A DNA stretch of 64,000 nucleotides from the human T2T-CHM13v2.0 reference genome, Homo sapiens. The notes under the pieces are model-generated. The model was not told the origin of the DNA. It was given only the letters and a program-made list of their open reading frames with translations, and ran no database searches. Each line of letters opens with the position of its first letter. The stretch's first letter is position 1. This document shows positions 49,270 to 64,000 of the stretch, in pieces. Location: the NCBI RefSeq assembly GCF_009914755.1, contig NC_060934.1. One strand, written 5' to 3'. The position numbers were made by a program, and so were the translations under genes.

Positions 49270-50560
49270 TGATGTCACCAAGGCTCTCAGCTTAAGACAC
49301 CATCTTTGTGCTAATTATTTCCAAACTGATACAGCCGAGCTGAACCTCTCTTCTTAACTTCAGACTCATCTAATCAACTACCTACTTAACAGCCTAAATG
49401 GATGTCTAATAGTCACTGCTGACATATAATGACCAGAAGTAAGCTTATGATATTCCCTTCAGACCTGTTCATCTCATTATCCTCCCCATCCGGGTTACTG
49501 GCAATTCCATTCTACCTGTTCATCACAGTCTCTCCGGACCTCCAACCACTGCTACCCCATGGTCATCTTCCATGAGGAATATTGTAATAGTCTCCTGTTT
49601 CCTTGTTTCTGCCCTCGTCCTCACTATAGTCTATTATCTAAACAGCCGTCAGAGTAATCCCATTGAAGGATAAATCAAATCATGTCACTCCTCTTTTCCA
49701 ATCCCCTCATGGCTTCCCATCTCAAAGTAAAAGCTGAAGTCCTTAAGGTAGTCTAAAGTCCCTCGCCACAGGCACCGTCCCCCTTCCCTCTGACTTCACC
49801 TCCACTATTCTCCCTCTCTGCTCCAGCCACACTGGCCTCCTTGCTGCTCCTAGGACATCCAGGCACCATCTTTCTACCCAGTGTTCTCTCTGCCTGGAAC
49901 ACTTGCTAGCCTGATAGATCCTTAGGGCTCCCCCCTCAAGCCTGCAAGTCTTCACCCCAGTGTCATTTTCTCAGTGAAGCCTTCCCTGATCACCATTTCT
50001 AAAATCTGCAGTCCAGGCCGGGTATGGTGGCTCATGCCTGTAATCCCAGTACTTTGGGAGGCCGAGGCTGGAGGACTGCTTGAGCCCAGGAGTTTGAGAC
50101 CAGCCTGGGCAACACAGCAAGACCCTGTATTAAAAATAAATTAGCCAGGCAGGCTGGGGTGTGCTTGTCGTCTCAGCTACTCAGGAGGCTGAGGTGGAGG
50201 GATCGCTTGACTCCAGGAGTTCAAGGCTGCACTGAGCCATGATTGTGCCACTACACTCCAGCCTGGGTGACAGAGTGAGACCCTGACTCTAAAAAACAAA
50301 ACAAAACAAAACAAAAATTAAATCACAGCTCCCTCCCCACTTGCCACACACACACACACACACACACTCTCACACACTTACTCACTTTCCTCTTCTCCCT
50401 CCCCATGTTCGGTTTCTTCCTTATCACTAACCACTATCTAACTTATTACATAGTTTACTTGTTTATCTAGTTCATCATCAATTCCTGACTAGGATGCAAA
50501 CTCCACAAAGGCCGGGCTTTCGTCTGCTTTGTGGACCACGTTCAGCACCTGAGCCTCTCT
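49270..50560. mobile_element. L2 fragment with a nested AluJ (50016-50318) and (CA)n
   Basis: L2-type sequence (ctccagccacactggcctccttgctg; tctgcctggaa). Confidence 0.7.
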
Positions 50561-51283
50561 CATTCACACCCAGGCACCAGCTCAGTCGCCCTAGTACTTT
50601 GGGTGAAGAGGAAGGAATATGGGCATCAGTGGTTCTTTTGTTCAGCCAAAGAGCACCCGGCACCATCGGTCTGCTCTTGAGCCTGGCAAGTGCATTTTTT
50701 TTTGGGAGCTACCCCACCATGGAATGCCAAGGAGTCCAGGGCAGGACACCATTCCTATCAGCAAACACTAGAACAGGGTAGACGCTGTGTGCCTCTGGTG
50801 TTTATCACGTGCTGCCTCTAATAAATGCTATTCACAACCACCACTAGACCAGGTCCCGTGCACCCTGACCCATTTTAACAAACGTACCCATTGAATACAG
50901 TGAAGCTGGGGAAGCCCAGCCCAGGAGCATTGCCTCACTGGGTCAGTCCCACTGCTGGGCTAGGACACCTGTGGTCCCTTCTTCTCACCCTGGAGCTGTG
51001 TCTGTGTGAGGGGCTTGCCCCTAAGCCAGCCCACCTGGCACCATGAGGCCCCTGCCTTATACAACGGTAAGTTCTCCCATAGCAGCTAAGCTAATTCTGG
51101 CTACCTACTGATTTGAAAAGGTTTTTAGAAAGAAATTTGCATTTTCCCAGAAACATCAGCTCTACATTATCCAAATAAACAACAAAGCTAGAACACAGGG
51201 GGCAAAGGATTATGAAAGGGACGGGTTTTAAACAAGGATCAAGGAATAGCAAATAATGACATCGGCAAACACTTCTATGATTC

Positions 51284-51648
51284 TGCTATGGTCTGAGTGT
51301 GTCTCCTGAAAATTCATGTTGAAATCCTAACCCCCAAGATGACGATATTAGCAGGTGTGGACTTTGGAGGTGACTAGGTCATGAAAGTGGAGCCCTATAA
51401 ATGGGATTAGTGCCCTTCTAAAAGCAGGGTGGGAGCGGGTGTGGGGGACGTGGGGGAAAACTCCCTTGCCCGTTGCACCATGTGGAGACACAGCCAGGAG
51501 GTACTGTCTGTGCAGAAGGGACCCTCATCAGACCTGGAATCTGCCAGTGGGCTTCCCAGCCTCCAGAACTGGGAGAAACAAATTCCTGTTGCTTATAAGC
51601 CACCCAGCCTATGTTGTTTTGTTACAGCAGCCCGAGGGGACTAAGACG
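51284..51648 (+). mobile_element. MLT1A-type MaLR LTR inserted in a MIR (~51250-51860)
   Basis: tgctatggtctga...gttacagcagccc...actaagac. Confidence 0.8.
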
Positions 51649-52031
51649 GGTACTGTGTCCTAGATTAGCTCATTTAATATTCACTATGATCTATGAAGCA
51701 GGCACTACTCTTCATCATTCATGAACGATTATTTCCCGCTGAGAAAACTGAGGCACAGAGCAGTCAGTCGCCTAACTCACGGCCCCTGTGAGAGGGTCGC
51801 CAAGATTCTGGAATCCGGGCAGTCTGGCTCCAGAGTCCGTGCTCTTAGTGTCCAGCTATACACTTGAAGAAGTGAAAACTGCAGCTCTTTTCGGACAGTG
51901 ATCCCCTCGAAAAACAAACAAAAAACTGAAGCCCAGCGGCTGGAGCAAGGGGCCTGGAAAGGCGTTGAGCGAGGGCCGGGGCGCGAGGGCTCCGGGGCGG
52001 GCCGGCGGGGACTGCCTCTCCCGCTGGTCAC

Positions 52032-52204
52032 CTGGGGTTGAACTGGAATTGTTCAATAGAGGCCTCGAGGCCCTCCATGATCTTCCGGCCCTCCTCTGTC
52101 TCAGGCGAGTCGCCCCAGTTCGCCATTGCAGCCCCGGACGTGCGCCTCCCGCGGAGCCGCTCGCTCTCCTGAGTCGGAGTCGGGAACCCGGCGTCCGTTG
52201 CCAT
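52032..52204 (-). CDS. C10orf67: Candidate alternative first coding exon of C10orf67 (MATDAG...MANWGD...EQFQFNP-R)
   Basis: ATGs in strong Kozak context at 52204 (gccATGg) and 52126 (gcaATGg). The frame is open to a phase-2 donor (CAG|GTGACC) compatible with exon 2. Confidence 0.6.
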
Positions 52205-52210
52205 GGCGAC
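52197..52210. promoter_or_regulatory. RFX X-box GTTGCCATGGCGAC
   Basis: 13/14 match to the palindromic X-box GTTGCCATGGCAAC. Confidence 0.7.
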
Positions 52211-52693
52211 TCCCAGGTAACCGGCGAAGCGCGGGAATCCGTGGGCGGGGGCCGGGGAGGGCCGCGAGTGGAGGGGGGTGGGGAACGGGGTGGGGAGGGG
52301 AAGGGGGAAGGAGATGGGGAGGAGGGGGATAGGGAGAAGGTTGGGGATGGGGGGGAAGGGGAGAGGGAAAGGAAGTAGAGGAGGTGTGGAGGGAAGGAAG
52401 AGGGGGAAGGAGTGGGGGAAGGGGGAAGAGATGGAAAGGAGGATGGGGAGGGAGCACGCGCGGGAGGAGGGGAGTGGAGAGGGGGAGGAGGAGGCGGGGC
52501 GGGCTCCCAAGCCACCCCGCTGCGCTTTCACTGTCCCGCCTGCCTCAAGGCTTCCCCACAAGACTCCCACAGCCTGGAGGCTGCTGCGATACCCCAGAGG
52601 AAAGCTGCACCCCCGTAAATAACCCTTCAGCCTCCCGCCGTGCCCCTGGACCCTGCTCGCTTCCTCCTCTACCCAGGCGCGGAGCTCAGCCTA

Positions 52694-52921
<228 letters not shown>

Positions 52922-53241
52922 CTAATAAGCTGTCTCCACCTGCCACAAACGTAGGCGTTCCTGGACAAAATATTTCCTTGCAGAGATTAAACAGATTTCT
53001 ATTTAATGAGGTCAGAATGTGAGGCGTTAAGTCTTAAACTATACCATCTAGTGTGGAATTCAATTTTACCAGGTTTCTACAATAATAAGAGTTAATAGTG
53101 AAACTGTTGTCATCCTTAGTTTTAAATTATGTATCACTCATTGTCAACTAATAGGAGACACCTATTCTAATATCAGTATGTCATTGTTTTTCTGTAAACG
53201 ACTGGCTAAATTTATTTTTAAAATGTCATTGTCTGGTTTAG

Positions 53242-53613
<372 letters not shown>

Positions 53614-54806
53614 TCTTCTCTGTCTTGTAACAGTAAGTGAAAATAACTTAGCTGGATTTAGAAGCTCAAAACAGGAAAAGAAAAGCACTGTAGCATTATC
53701 ACTACTATTATGTTTAAAGACAAAGATTAAAAGCCCCAAATGCCAATAAAACATCATAACCAATGCCAAAATCATCTTCTGTGAAGGCTTATTTTTTGGG
53801 GGGGAGATGAAGAGAGAAGAGAAAAAGAGTTACTTTTACTCTTTGGAGGTTTTTAATTACAAACTCTAACTTCAGACTTTATTTGGGGAATTTTTATTAT
53901 ATAATCAAAAGGTATTTTAAAAGAAAGAAATTTATATATCTACAATAACTTTTCTTTTTCCTAAGTGATATTTTACCACAATGTATATACATGTTTTAAA
54001 ATAAAGATTAAAATTTTAAGTTAAAATTTCAAAACCTATCTGTTTAGAGCTGGGCCAAGACAGTGTAAAGAATGTGACAAGCTGTTGGCTATTTTCCTAG
54101 TGCAATTATAAATGAATCGTTTGAAACTGAGGAGAGAGATCGCACAGAAGATTTCATGAGTCATTGGTCAGCTCTGTACAGCATTTGTTGACTGATATAG
54201 TCTGCATAGTTACGCCATCCCACAAAAACATGCATTGAACAGAACATCTTTGTTTGAAACCTTGCTATAGCATATCAAGGAGTTTCAGATTTCAGTGTCT
54301 AAGAGACCACGCTATGATGATGATTGTTTTTGAAACCGTTAACTACATAATACTTCTCTTCTTGTCAGTTACCTGTATTTTATCTCACAGGTGTTCCGGC
54401 TTATAAAATTGTTTATTTCAGATCAGATTCTCACCTGTAGTAACTGGCGTTGATGTGGTCAAAACATTTGTCATATTAAATCCAGGCCTCTTTTATCACA
54501 TGCTAAATTCATTGATGGCTTTAGTGGAAAGCTCATGAACTCTGCAGTAAATATTAAATATATACAGGCTTTGAAACTTACTCGATTTAGAATTTTGGGC
54601 AAGTAAGTTAACATTTCAGAGCCTCTATTTTCTCACAAGTAAAAACTGGATAATGAATGTTTCTCAAAGTTGGGGTAATCTATAAAGCAGAAAAACACGC
54701 AGCACATGCATGAGGCAACTGCAAGAGAAATACCAACTAGGCCTTTGAAGGACTCTATTCCTTCTTCCTAAACCACTACTAGGGAAAACATTGTTTAAAG
54801 ATGTCA

Positions 54807-55142
<336 letters not shown>

Positions 55143-55900
55143 TCATAAGTTAACATTGTTTTTACTTGTTCAGTTAATAGGACTTCAGGCACAATTTTAA
55201 AATTTGAAGTGCTTCTCTGACATACCACAGGTATAAATAGAATATGTATTTATATAAAAATATCGCCTACCAGTTATTAAAAGTGATAACATCTCAGATT
55301 AACTAGCATGAGAATTTGATTAAGAGTCAAGTGCTGACTCTAAACATAGTAATTTATGTATTCCAGTTGGGTAGTATCAGTTCTATAGTCTAATAAGAGC
55401 CAAGAGGTTTCAGTTTAGGTTTGTAATTTAAATTCTTTCTAGAGCGTCATCACATGCGAAGTGCTTATTTTTCTTTTATCACCAGCTATAATATATGATT
55501 ATGTGGTGGAGGCTCTGTTATGTAAACTTGTTTTATGTCATGCTTCATCCACAACCAAAGTTCTTAAATAAAGTCTTTGGAAGGACATAGTAAGGCTCTT
55601 AGCCAGGGCAATATAATGCTACTAAATCCTTTATGGCAAAACTCCTGAGACTAGATCATTTTAATGTCTTAAATTTTGCTGCTGTGAGACAGCATATCCA
55701 CTCTGTGAAAGTCTATCAATAAGCATTTGTCAGCCGACTAAAGCTGAAAACCAAGATGACAAGCCCAGTAGGGGGTTTGGGGCAGGCGCAACTGTGGATG
55801 TGGAATTTGGATCCTTGCCGCCAAATGTCCTTGAGCACTGGAGTAAAGGATTTCCTCTATTTGGAGCTAAGTTTAGATCATCACTGTTTAAAAGAGAGCA

Positions 55901-56360
55901 GGCCCGCGTGTGGCTCACGCCTGTAATCCCAGCACTTTGGAAGGCCAAGGTGGGCGGAGCCCAGAAGCTAGAGGCCAGCTTGGGCAACATTGAGACTCTG
56001 TCTCTACAAAAAATTAAAAAGAGAGAAAGAAATAGTAGTGAACGTGAAGAAAATGGCAGGGGTGGGTTGGGCCTGTAATCCCAGCACTTTGGGAAGCCAA
56101 GGTGAGGATTGCTTGAGCTCAGGAGTTCAAGACTAGACTGGGCAACATAGGGAGACCCCATCTCTGCCAAAAAAAAAAAAAAAATTTTTTTTTCAAATTA
56201 GCCAAGAACCCAGAGTCCCAGCTACCCAAGAGGGTGCAGCAGGGGGATCACGTGAGCTTGGGAAGTCAAGGATAGAGTGAGCTGTGTTCGTGCCATCATA
56301 TTGTAGCCTAGATGACAGAGCAAGAGTCCATCTCAAATAAATAAATAAATACATAAATAA
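55901..56360 (+). mobile_element. Alu left monomer followed by AluJ
   Basis: Two Alu units. Confidence 0.8.
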
Positions 56361-56577
56361 ATGGTAGGGCTTAGCTGTCTGCAGAAGTGAGCCCACCTGA
56401 GAGAGAATTTGTAAACTTACTGCTGAGGGAAGTTTGGGCGATCTCCAGTCTGTTCAAATGACCAGAGTGGATCCTAGTGCCTAGAACATAACCTAGGAAA
56501 ACTGTCACCCACATATTGGAATTTAGGGTGAGGCGGTTCAGGACAAGTCAAAGTCTGGAGAGTAATACAAGGGCAGT

Positions 56578-57106
<529 letters not shown>

Positions 57107-58005
57107 TTAATAAGAATTTATCAGGCAGAGATCCTTCCTGGGGCCCCATTTAATCAGACCCTAGAAGGATCTACTCTCTTGAGAAGCAGGACATTCGTGA
57201 GGTTTTTCCACAATAACTTGGATAAAGTGCCCGTAGGACCATCTGGTTCTCTCTGTTCTTTTTCTAGTGTCACAGGGCAACATGCAAATAACTAATTCAT
57301 GTTCTTGGGTACATAGATGCCAAGAAAGTCTTGATCTAGACAGCAAATGTGATTTTGGCTAGTGTGAATGTTCCCCTGTAGTCTCACCTGAATAAACTGA
57401 TAAAATACAGTGTTTAGAGCTGTCTACATGAGGACTAGACTCAGAGTCAAGGCATCCCCACAAGGTACCACCAAGTCACACTTTACCAGGCAGTCAGCAT
57501 GGCTCTCTTATTAACACTTCTGCATCTGCGATATTAAGCGCCCTTTATCATCCTGCAGCTTCAAACTCTGTCTCAGAAATGTAGTACTAAAATTCAAATT
57601 TAGCAATTTTGAGAACTAGAGAGGAATGTTAGACATAGAATACGGTAGTGTGAAACCCAAGTTTGTTATTGTTACCATGTCTGTTAATCTACCTGGGCAT
57701 TCTTCAGTCTACACTAAAAGGTATTACACGTCTGTTACGTAGATTATGCTATAACCAACGTGCCAATCAGGAATGTATGGTTCTGAGATGGCCCATTCAC
57801 TGTTGCTAGAATCAGGAAGCCCGCATTATAAAAAGGACTACACCAAGCTCTGCTGTGAATTGAATATTGATGAACAAGCTGCCCTGTGCTAATTAATTTA
57901 CTGACTGTCAGAAATGGGTTTTTATTGGTGAATGTAGTGGCCTATTGACTGGCACAATAAATGTTAGAATTGGGCTTGCATTCGTGAATTTAAAGATGTT
58001 CAAGA

Positions 58006-58311
<306 letters not shown>

Positions 58312-58908
58312 TTAAAAAAGATGTTTAACAAATGTGGGTGAGCTAAAATAGTTCAGAGAGCAGCCCACCCTTGCAAGAACAGGATTACCCCCAATTTAGA
58401 AATGAGAAAGTGGAGACACAGGAGGTTGATTTACTTGCCCAAGTTCATACAGTTTGCAAGGGGTAAAAGCAGGCTTTGAGCACAGACAATTCTGCTCCAG
58501 AGCCTCCATACTTAATTATTTTGCCTTCTTGTCTCACCAAACTGTCATGAGGAGCAAATTATTTCAGTTCTTCTGACAATGTTAGTTTTGTTGATGGCTG
58601 AAGAAGTATCTCTAAAGCTTTCAAACACACATTAGCAATTTAATTATGAATCTGTGCTGCTGGGTTGCTGCAGAAAATCAAATACATTAACACACTGTCT
58701 AGCCGGAGTTTAGTCATCTTGGAAATTCATCTTCGTGCAATATTTGTGAGAGTAAAAATTTGGCAAAAAGATGGGCACCCATAGAGTCTACAGAGTTCAT
58801 GCCTAAAACTTATTTGCTTTACTTCTAGGAAGTCTTCTTAACCTCTTATTCAGGCCCTATATCTTTTTCAGTATGTTCAATTCCCACAGAATGTGAGGTT
58901 GGCTTTCC

Positions 58909-59013
58909 TTTTTTTTTCTTCTTCTTCTTCTTCTTCTTCTTCTTCTTCTTCTTCTTCTTCTTCTTCTTCTTCTTCTTCTTCTTCTTCTTCTTCCTTCCTC
59001 TTCTTCCTCTTCC

Positions 59014-59045
<32 letters not shown>

Positions 59046-59142
59046 TTCCTCTTCTTCTTCTTCTTCCTCTTCTTCTTCTTCTTCTTCCTCCTCCTCCTCT
59101 TCTTCTCCTCCTCCTCCTCCCCCTTCTCCTCCTCCTCCTTCT
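58909..59142 (+). repeat. (TTC)26 perfect run (58916-58993) followed by a degenerate TTC/TCC tract
   Basis: Directly visible. Confidence 0.97.
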
Positions 59143-59216
59143 TAACTTTCTACAGTTAAAGTGGGGAGTTGGGCTATTGTAGACAATCAGTCCATTGACA
59201 GCAATGAGAAGTAATG

Positions 59217-59341
59217 GGCTGGTCGCTGTGGTTCACACCTGTAATTTCAACACTTTGGGAGGCCAAGGTGGGAGGATTACTTGCAGCCAGGAGTTCATGA
59301 TTAGCCTGGGCAACAGAGCAAGATCCTGTCATTTAAAAAAA
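59217..59341 (+). mobile_element. FLAM/Alu left monomer
   Basis: Left arm. Confidence 0.8.
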
Positions 59342-59791
59342 TGTAATGCACAAAGGCATTGAAAGACTATAGAAATCCAAAACTGAAATTTAAATAACAC
59401 GAGAAGTCTAGACCATTGCAAGAAGCAAATAAACCTTTGTTTGTCACTGGCCCTGAGGACATCACTGTCTTTTACAGTGTTATTTAGTTATTTTAACTAA
59501 GGTTCATAATAATGACCATGACTCACTGACTACTTTTAATGTAACTAGGTTTAATATACTCTCTTAAAAAGGCAGGTATGTGCATGAAACAATTTAAAAA
59601 TGTTATTTCAATTCTGAACTTTTAGTTATTTCTAGCTTGATTCCTTCTTTGGGGGGTGGTTTGATATAGCTGAAGTTACTTTTTCCATTGAACAAAAGTT
59701 CACATTTCTTCGTCATTGACATAGGACAGCTTTGGATTGTTGCAATGCCAAAGTTTTTGGAGCTGAAGGGACCTTCAAGATAGTATACTTT

Positions 59792-60100
59792 GCTGCGTGT
59801 GATGGCTCATGCCTGTAATTCCAGCACTTGGGGAGACTGAGGCAGGAGGATCACTTGAACCCAGGAGTTTAGACCAGCCAGGGCAACATAGTAAGACCTC
59901 ATGTCTATTTTTTTTAAAGGGCTAGGCGTGGGGAAACTATGCCAGTAATCCCAACACATTAGGTTCATGCCTGTTATCCTAACACTTTGGGAGGCCAAGG
60001 CAGGAGGATGGCTTGAGGTCAGAAGTTCAAGACCAGCCTGGGCAACATAGTGAGACTGTCTCTACACATATTTTTTTGGGTAAAAGAAGAAAAAAAAAAG
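59792..60100 (+). mobile_element. Cluster of Alu left-arm units
   Basis: Two left-arm copies plus a short fragment. Confidence 0.75.
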
Positions 60101-60190
60101 ATAGTATATGTTATTCCTCTTGCTCAAGGATATATAGGTAGTTAGGCCATACCTAGATCTGGAATTTCTTTATCCTGAGGCCCATAATAG

Positions 60191-60590
60191 TGTATTAGTC
60201 ATGATAGGCTATGTTATGTTGCAATAATAAACAATCTCAAATTGCAGTGACTCAACACAAGAAAAATTAGTTTCTCATTCACACTACAAGTCCCACAGAG
60301 TTGACAGTGAGTTCCACTCCACGCAACTACTCAGGGACCCAGATGATAGAAGCCTCATTCTCTTGTAGCAGCAGCAGTATCCAAAACACAAAACACAGAC
60401 CTCTTGGGCCACTTTACCAAGGGAAGAAAAAAGAGTCAGGTACCGGAAATTAAATGCCTTGACCCCTTCCACTCTTCACTGATCAGAGTCCCATCGTTCC
60501 ACCAAACAGCAAAGGGAACTGGAAAGTTTATTCTTCCAAGTGCTCAGGAAGGAGAAGGAAAATGACATAGCTGACCACTAGTAGTAACTA
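60191..60590. mobile_element. MLT1 (MaLR) LTR
   Basis: Starts tgtattagtca...ataggctatgttatgttgcaataataaac. Confidence 0.6.
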
Positions 60591-61024
60591 GGTAGTAATA
60601 GGACACACTACCAGTGTCCTATCAAGCCATACTTCTTAAACAACTTTGCAAATTCCAAGATAGTGATGATGATAATAAATGGTAATCATGATGATGATGA
60701 TGATGATGATATCTGATATCTGTATAGGTTCTTAAGATTCAGAAAATGTTTCTATCTTATGCATTTTTAACTCAACTTTGTGCAATAATATTATCATCCC
60801 TTTTTCATAAGTGAAAATTAAGCTCAGAGAAAGTTCAGTTGAATGGAGTAATTTGCTCAGGATCCCACAAATGAGTCTCTGATGAATGCAATATTGAAAG
60901 TCTAGTCAGAGTTGAAGAGGACCCAAGCACAAAAGCAGGAAAGAAATCAAATCCAGAGACAGGACAGCAGGAGAAATCTATTCTTAGAATTCACTGCAAA
61001 ACTGCAGCAACAAGTGCTTTTAAA

Positions 61025-61324
<300 letters not shown>

Positions 61325-62022
61325 AACAAGTACTTTAAAGCACAAGAATTAATATAAATAAAGAAAATAGTGGAAGTAGTTTCTAATTGTTACTTCCTCT
61401 CTTATAACCAAATGTACCCTTTTATTTCACAACAAAATATGGCTGGATACATAGCACAGATACTTAATATTTATTATATCGCTGCAAACATAATGTAAAA
61501 ATCACGTTCCTAATAGAATGTATTAGTGATTATGTAATGACAGTATTAGATTTGAAATATTACATCTAGGCTAAAAATGTAAGGCTCATTTAAATTTAAC
61601 TAAGAAATCAGCGATCCAGATGTGACAAAATAAATTACCATTATGAAATAAATTGGCCATCAGATATCGATGGGAGAACTCAACAATTAGGATTTTAGAA
61701 ACAAAGGTAGCAAAATTAGAATGGCAGGCCCAATCACACAGTAAGTATTTAGCCTTGAGTTAGGTGCAGGAGGGAAGACAGAGGTAAGGTGTTGCTTTCT
61801 GGCATATTAATTGAGAAGACAAAACTAATGCATGGAAAATGACACTGTTTCATACAAAATAGTCTATAATAAAGTGCTGATTTGTAGCTTGAAAACTTCA
61901 AATGATGTCGGAAGCGTGAAGAAAGTTAAATTCTAAGAAAGAAAAGAGATCCCTAAGGAGGAATCTCCAGTGAGTATTTCATGGAAAAGCTGATGCAGAG
62001 CCAGGACATAAAGACTGAATAT

Positions 62023-62356
<334 letters not shown>

Positions 62357-63776
62357 CTAGATAAATGAAAAGGAAAGGGGGTCGCACCATGGGAACAAAG
62401 GCTGGAAGTGTCGTTGTGTTCTTGGGAAAGTGCCCCACCACTGTTGGAGTGTGCCAGGTCGCACTGCTCTAAGTTGTATATGTGTAGATCTAAGCTGTGC
62501 TGAGAATGGACAGGAGAATAAAATCTCTACCACCTGTATCCATGCTAATATTTTTTTTTAAATCACAAGAAAATGTGAGGATGAATAATTAAGCCACTAG
62601 ATTATGATTATCTTGAGGAAAAAGCCTTATGTATTTTTATATCACTGAAACGGGCACTGCATTTGGCCCCTCAAAAATGTGCTCAAAACTGTTGGGTTAA
62701 TTAATATGGTTTTAAAATTTTGCTTCAAATAATAGAAAGAAGAGTTCACATGGGTTCCACAAACTTGACTCAAACTTGTTATTAATTTTTAAATAAAATA
62801 TTATATTATTAATATTCTTTTTCTTAAATCACTAGGAAAGGTTCAGGCTATAATAGGAAGACTAATGCCAGGGTGGTTTGAACCACACACAAAGTGCTCA
62901 AGTAACAAAGGAACACGCTTCTTAGTTACTTTTGTTATACTCTTACCTGGGGAGAAAGTTCGAAGTAAGTCTGAACCATTGCCAACCCAAGAGAGGATTC
63001 CCTCATTCAGCTCAATTCTTCTTGAATAATTCATTGGCAAAGTCCCTTTTACCTGCAACAAGCCTGGACTAGAGTTTCTTGTTGTGTCTTAATGAATTTT
63101 AATTGCACCCCTACCTATCTTGGCGTCAACACTGTCTCATTTACTACTATATTGTTGATCCCTTTTCATAAGTCTTCAGACTCTAAAGCTTGATACGGTT
63201 TGTACTTTGGCTTGTTTTCTTTTGCTTTTATTTCTTTTCAAACTGCTTAGCTCAGTTAATAAGTTACTGAGACTAATGTGCCCAAGATCATGAGTTTGGC
63301 TTGTGACACCTTCTCTCCTCTGTGGCCACAGACTGCCCCTCTGATCCCATAACTCCCATCACCAAAATGTACTTATGTAATCATGCGTCTGGAGAGCTGG
63401 GATATTTGAGGGGATGGAGCATAACCACCGAATACTCCACCCCAAGGACTTGCCTCTCTGACAAAGGGACATTAGCCTTTAATTTGGTATGACGACAAAC
63501 AGCAAGGTTCTAAGGCTCAATTTCCTCAATTTCTCCTCTTTATACAAAGGGGATAATGATTCATATGAAAGATTACGAAGACTATGTATAACCTCATAAA
63601 AGGAACACGCAAAATTACTTATGTCCTGTGAGTAAAAGCCATGTAAAAATGCCTGCAGTTATAATAGTCAAAGAATGAAAGGGAAAACAGAACATAAAAA
63701 CAAAAAACCAAAAAACGATTATATTAGGGAGGTGGGATTATGAATGAACTCATTCTTTCCTTTAAATTTTCTCTTG

Positions 63777-64000
63777 GCCAGGCATGGTGGCTCACGCATG
63801 TAATCCCAGCACTTTGGGAGGCAGAGGTGGGTGAATTACTTGAGGCCAGGAGTTCGAAACCAGCCTGGCCAACATGGAGAAACCCTGTGTTTACTAAAAA
63901 TACAAAAAATTACCTGGACATGGTGGCGCACAGCTATAATCCCAACTACTTGGGTGGCTGAGGCACAAGCCTGGGAGGCAGAGGTTGCAGTGACCTGAGA
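63777..64000 (+). mobile_element. Alu cut by the window end
   Basis: Left arm plus partial right arm. Confidence 0.85.

Noticed and set aside
58893-59159. Poly-Ser/Phe ORF
   Set aside because: Translation of the TTC microsatellite.
60598-60622. 9-bp inverted repeat ataggacac/gtgtcctat with a 7-nt loop
   Set aside because: Short hairpin at an LTR edge, probably a local template switch or chance. No RNA gene features.

Overview
Human or closely related primate genomic DNA, very repeat-rich. The only protein-coding gene I can support is C10orf67 on the minus strand. Five coding exons (52695-52903, 41189-41309, 29423-29566, 27770-27844, 10332-10487) splice in frame through canonical GT-AG sites, and the gene continues off the left edge. 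Its promoter is a CpG island at about 51.9-52.9 kb. The introns contain a 6-kb L1-retrotransposed (processed) HERV-W copy, a MER52 LTR, MaLR/MLT LTRs, an ERVL internal remnant, old L1/L2/MIR, hAT and TcMar transposons, and about 35 Alus. The most notable observations are: (1) a second, phase-compatible first coding exon inside the CpG island next to an RFX X-box; (2) a ~1.95-kb purine tract with an (AAGGG)n core in intron 2; (3) an 86-bp orphan copy of exon 3 in intron 4 whose junction completes a splice donor; (4) a candidate terminal exon built from TEs and ending in the MER52 LTR; (5) an L1 inserted into the exon-3 acceptor; and (6) a (GAA)26 tract upstream. I found no convincing new multi-gene system. 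Repeat subfamily names and edges are by-eye recognition and approximate. Most ORF-track ORFs are artefacts of Alus or low-complexity sequence.
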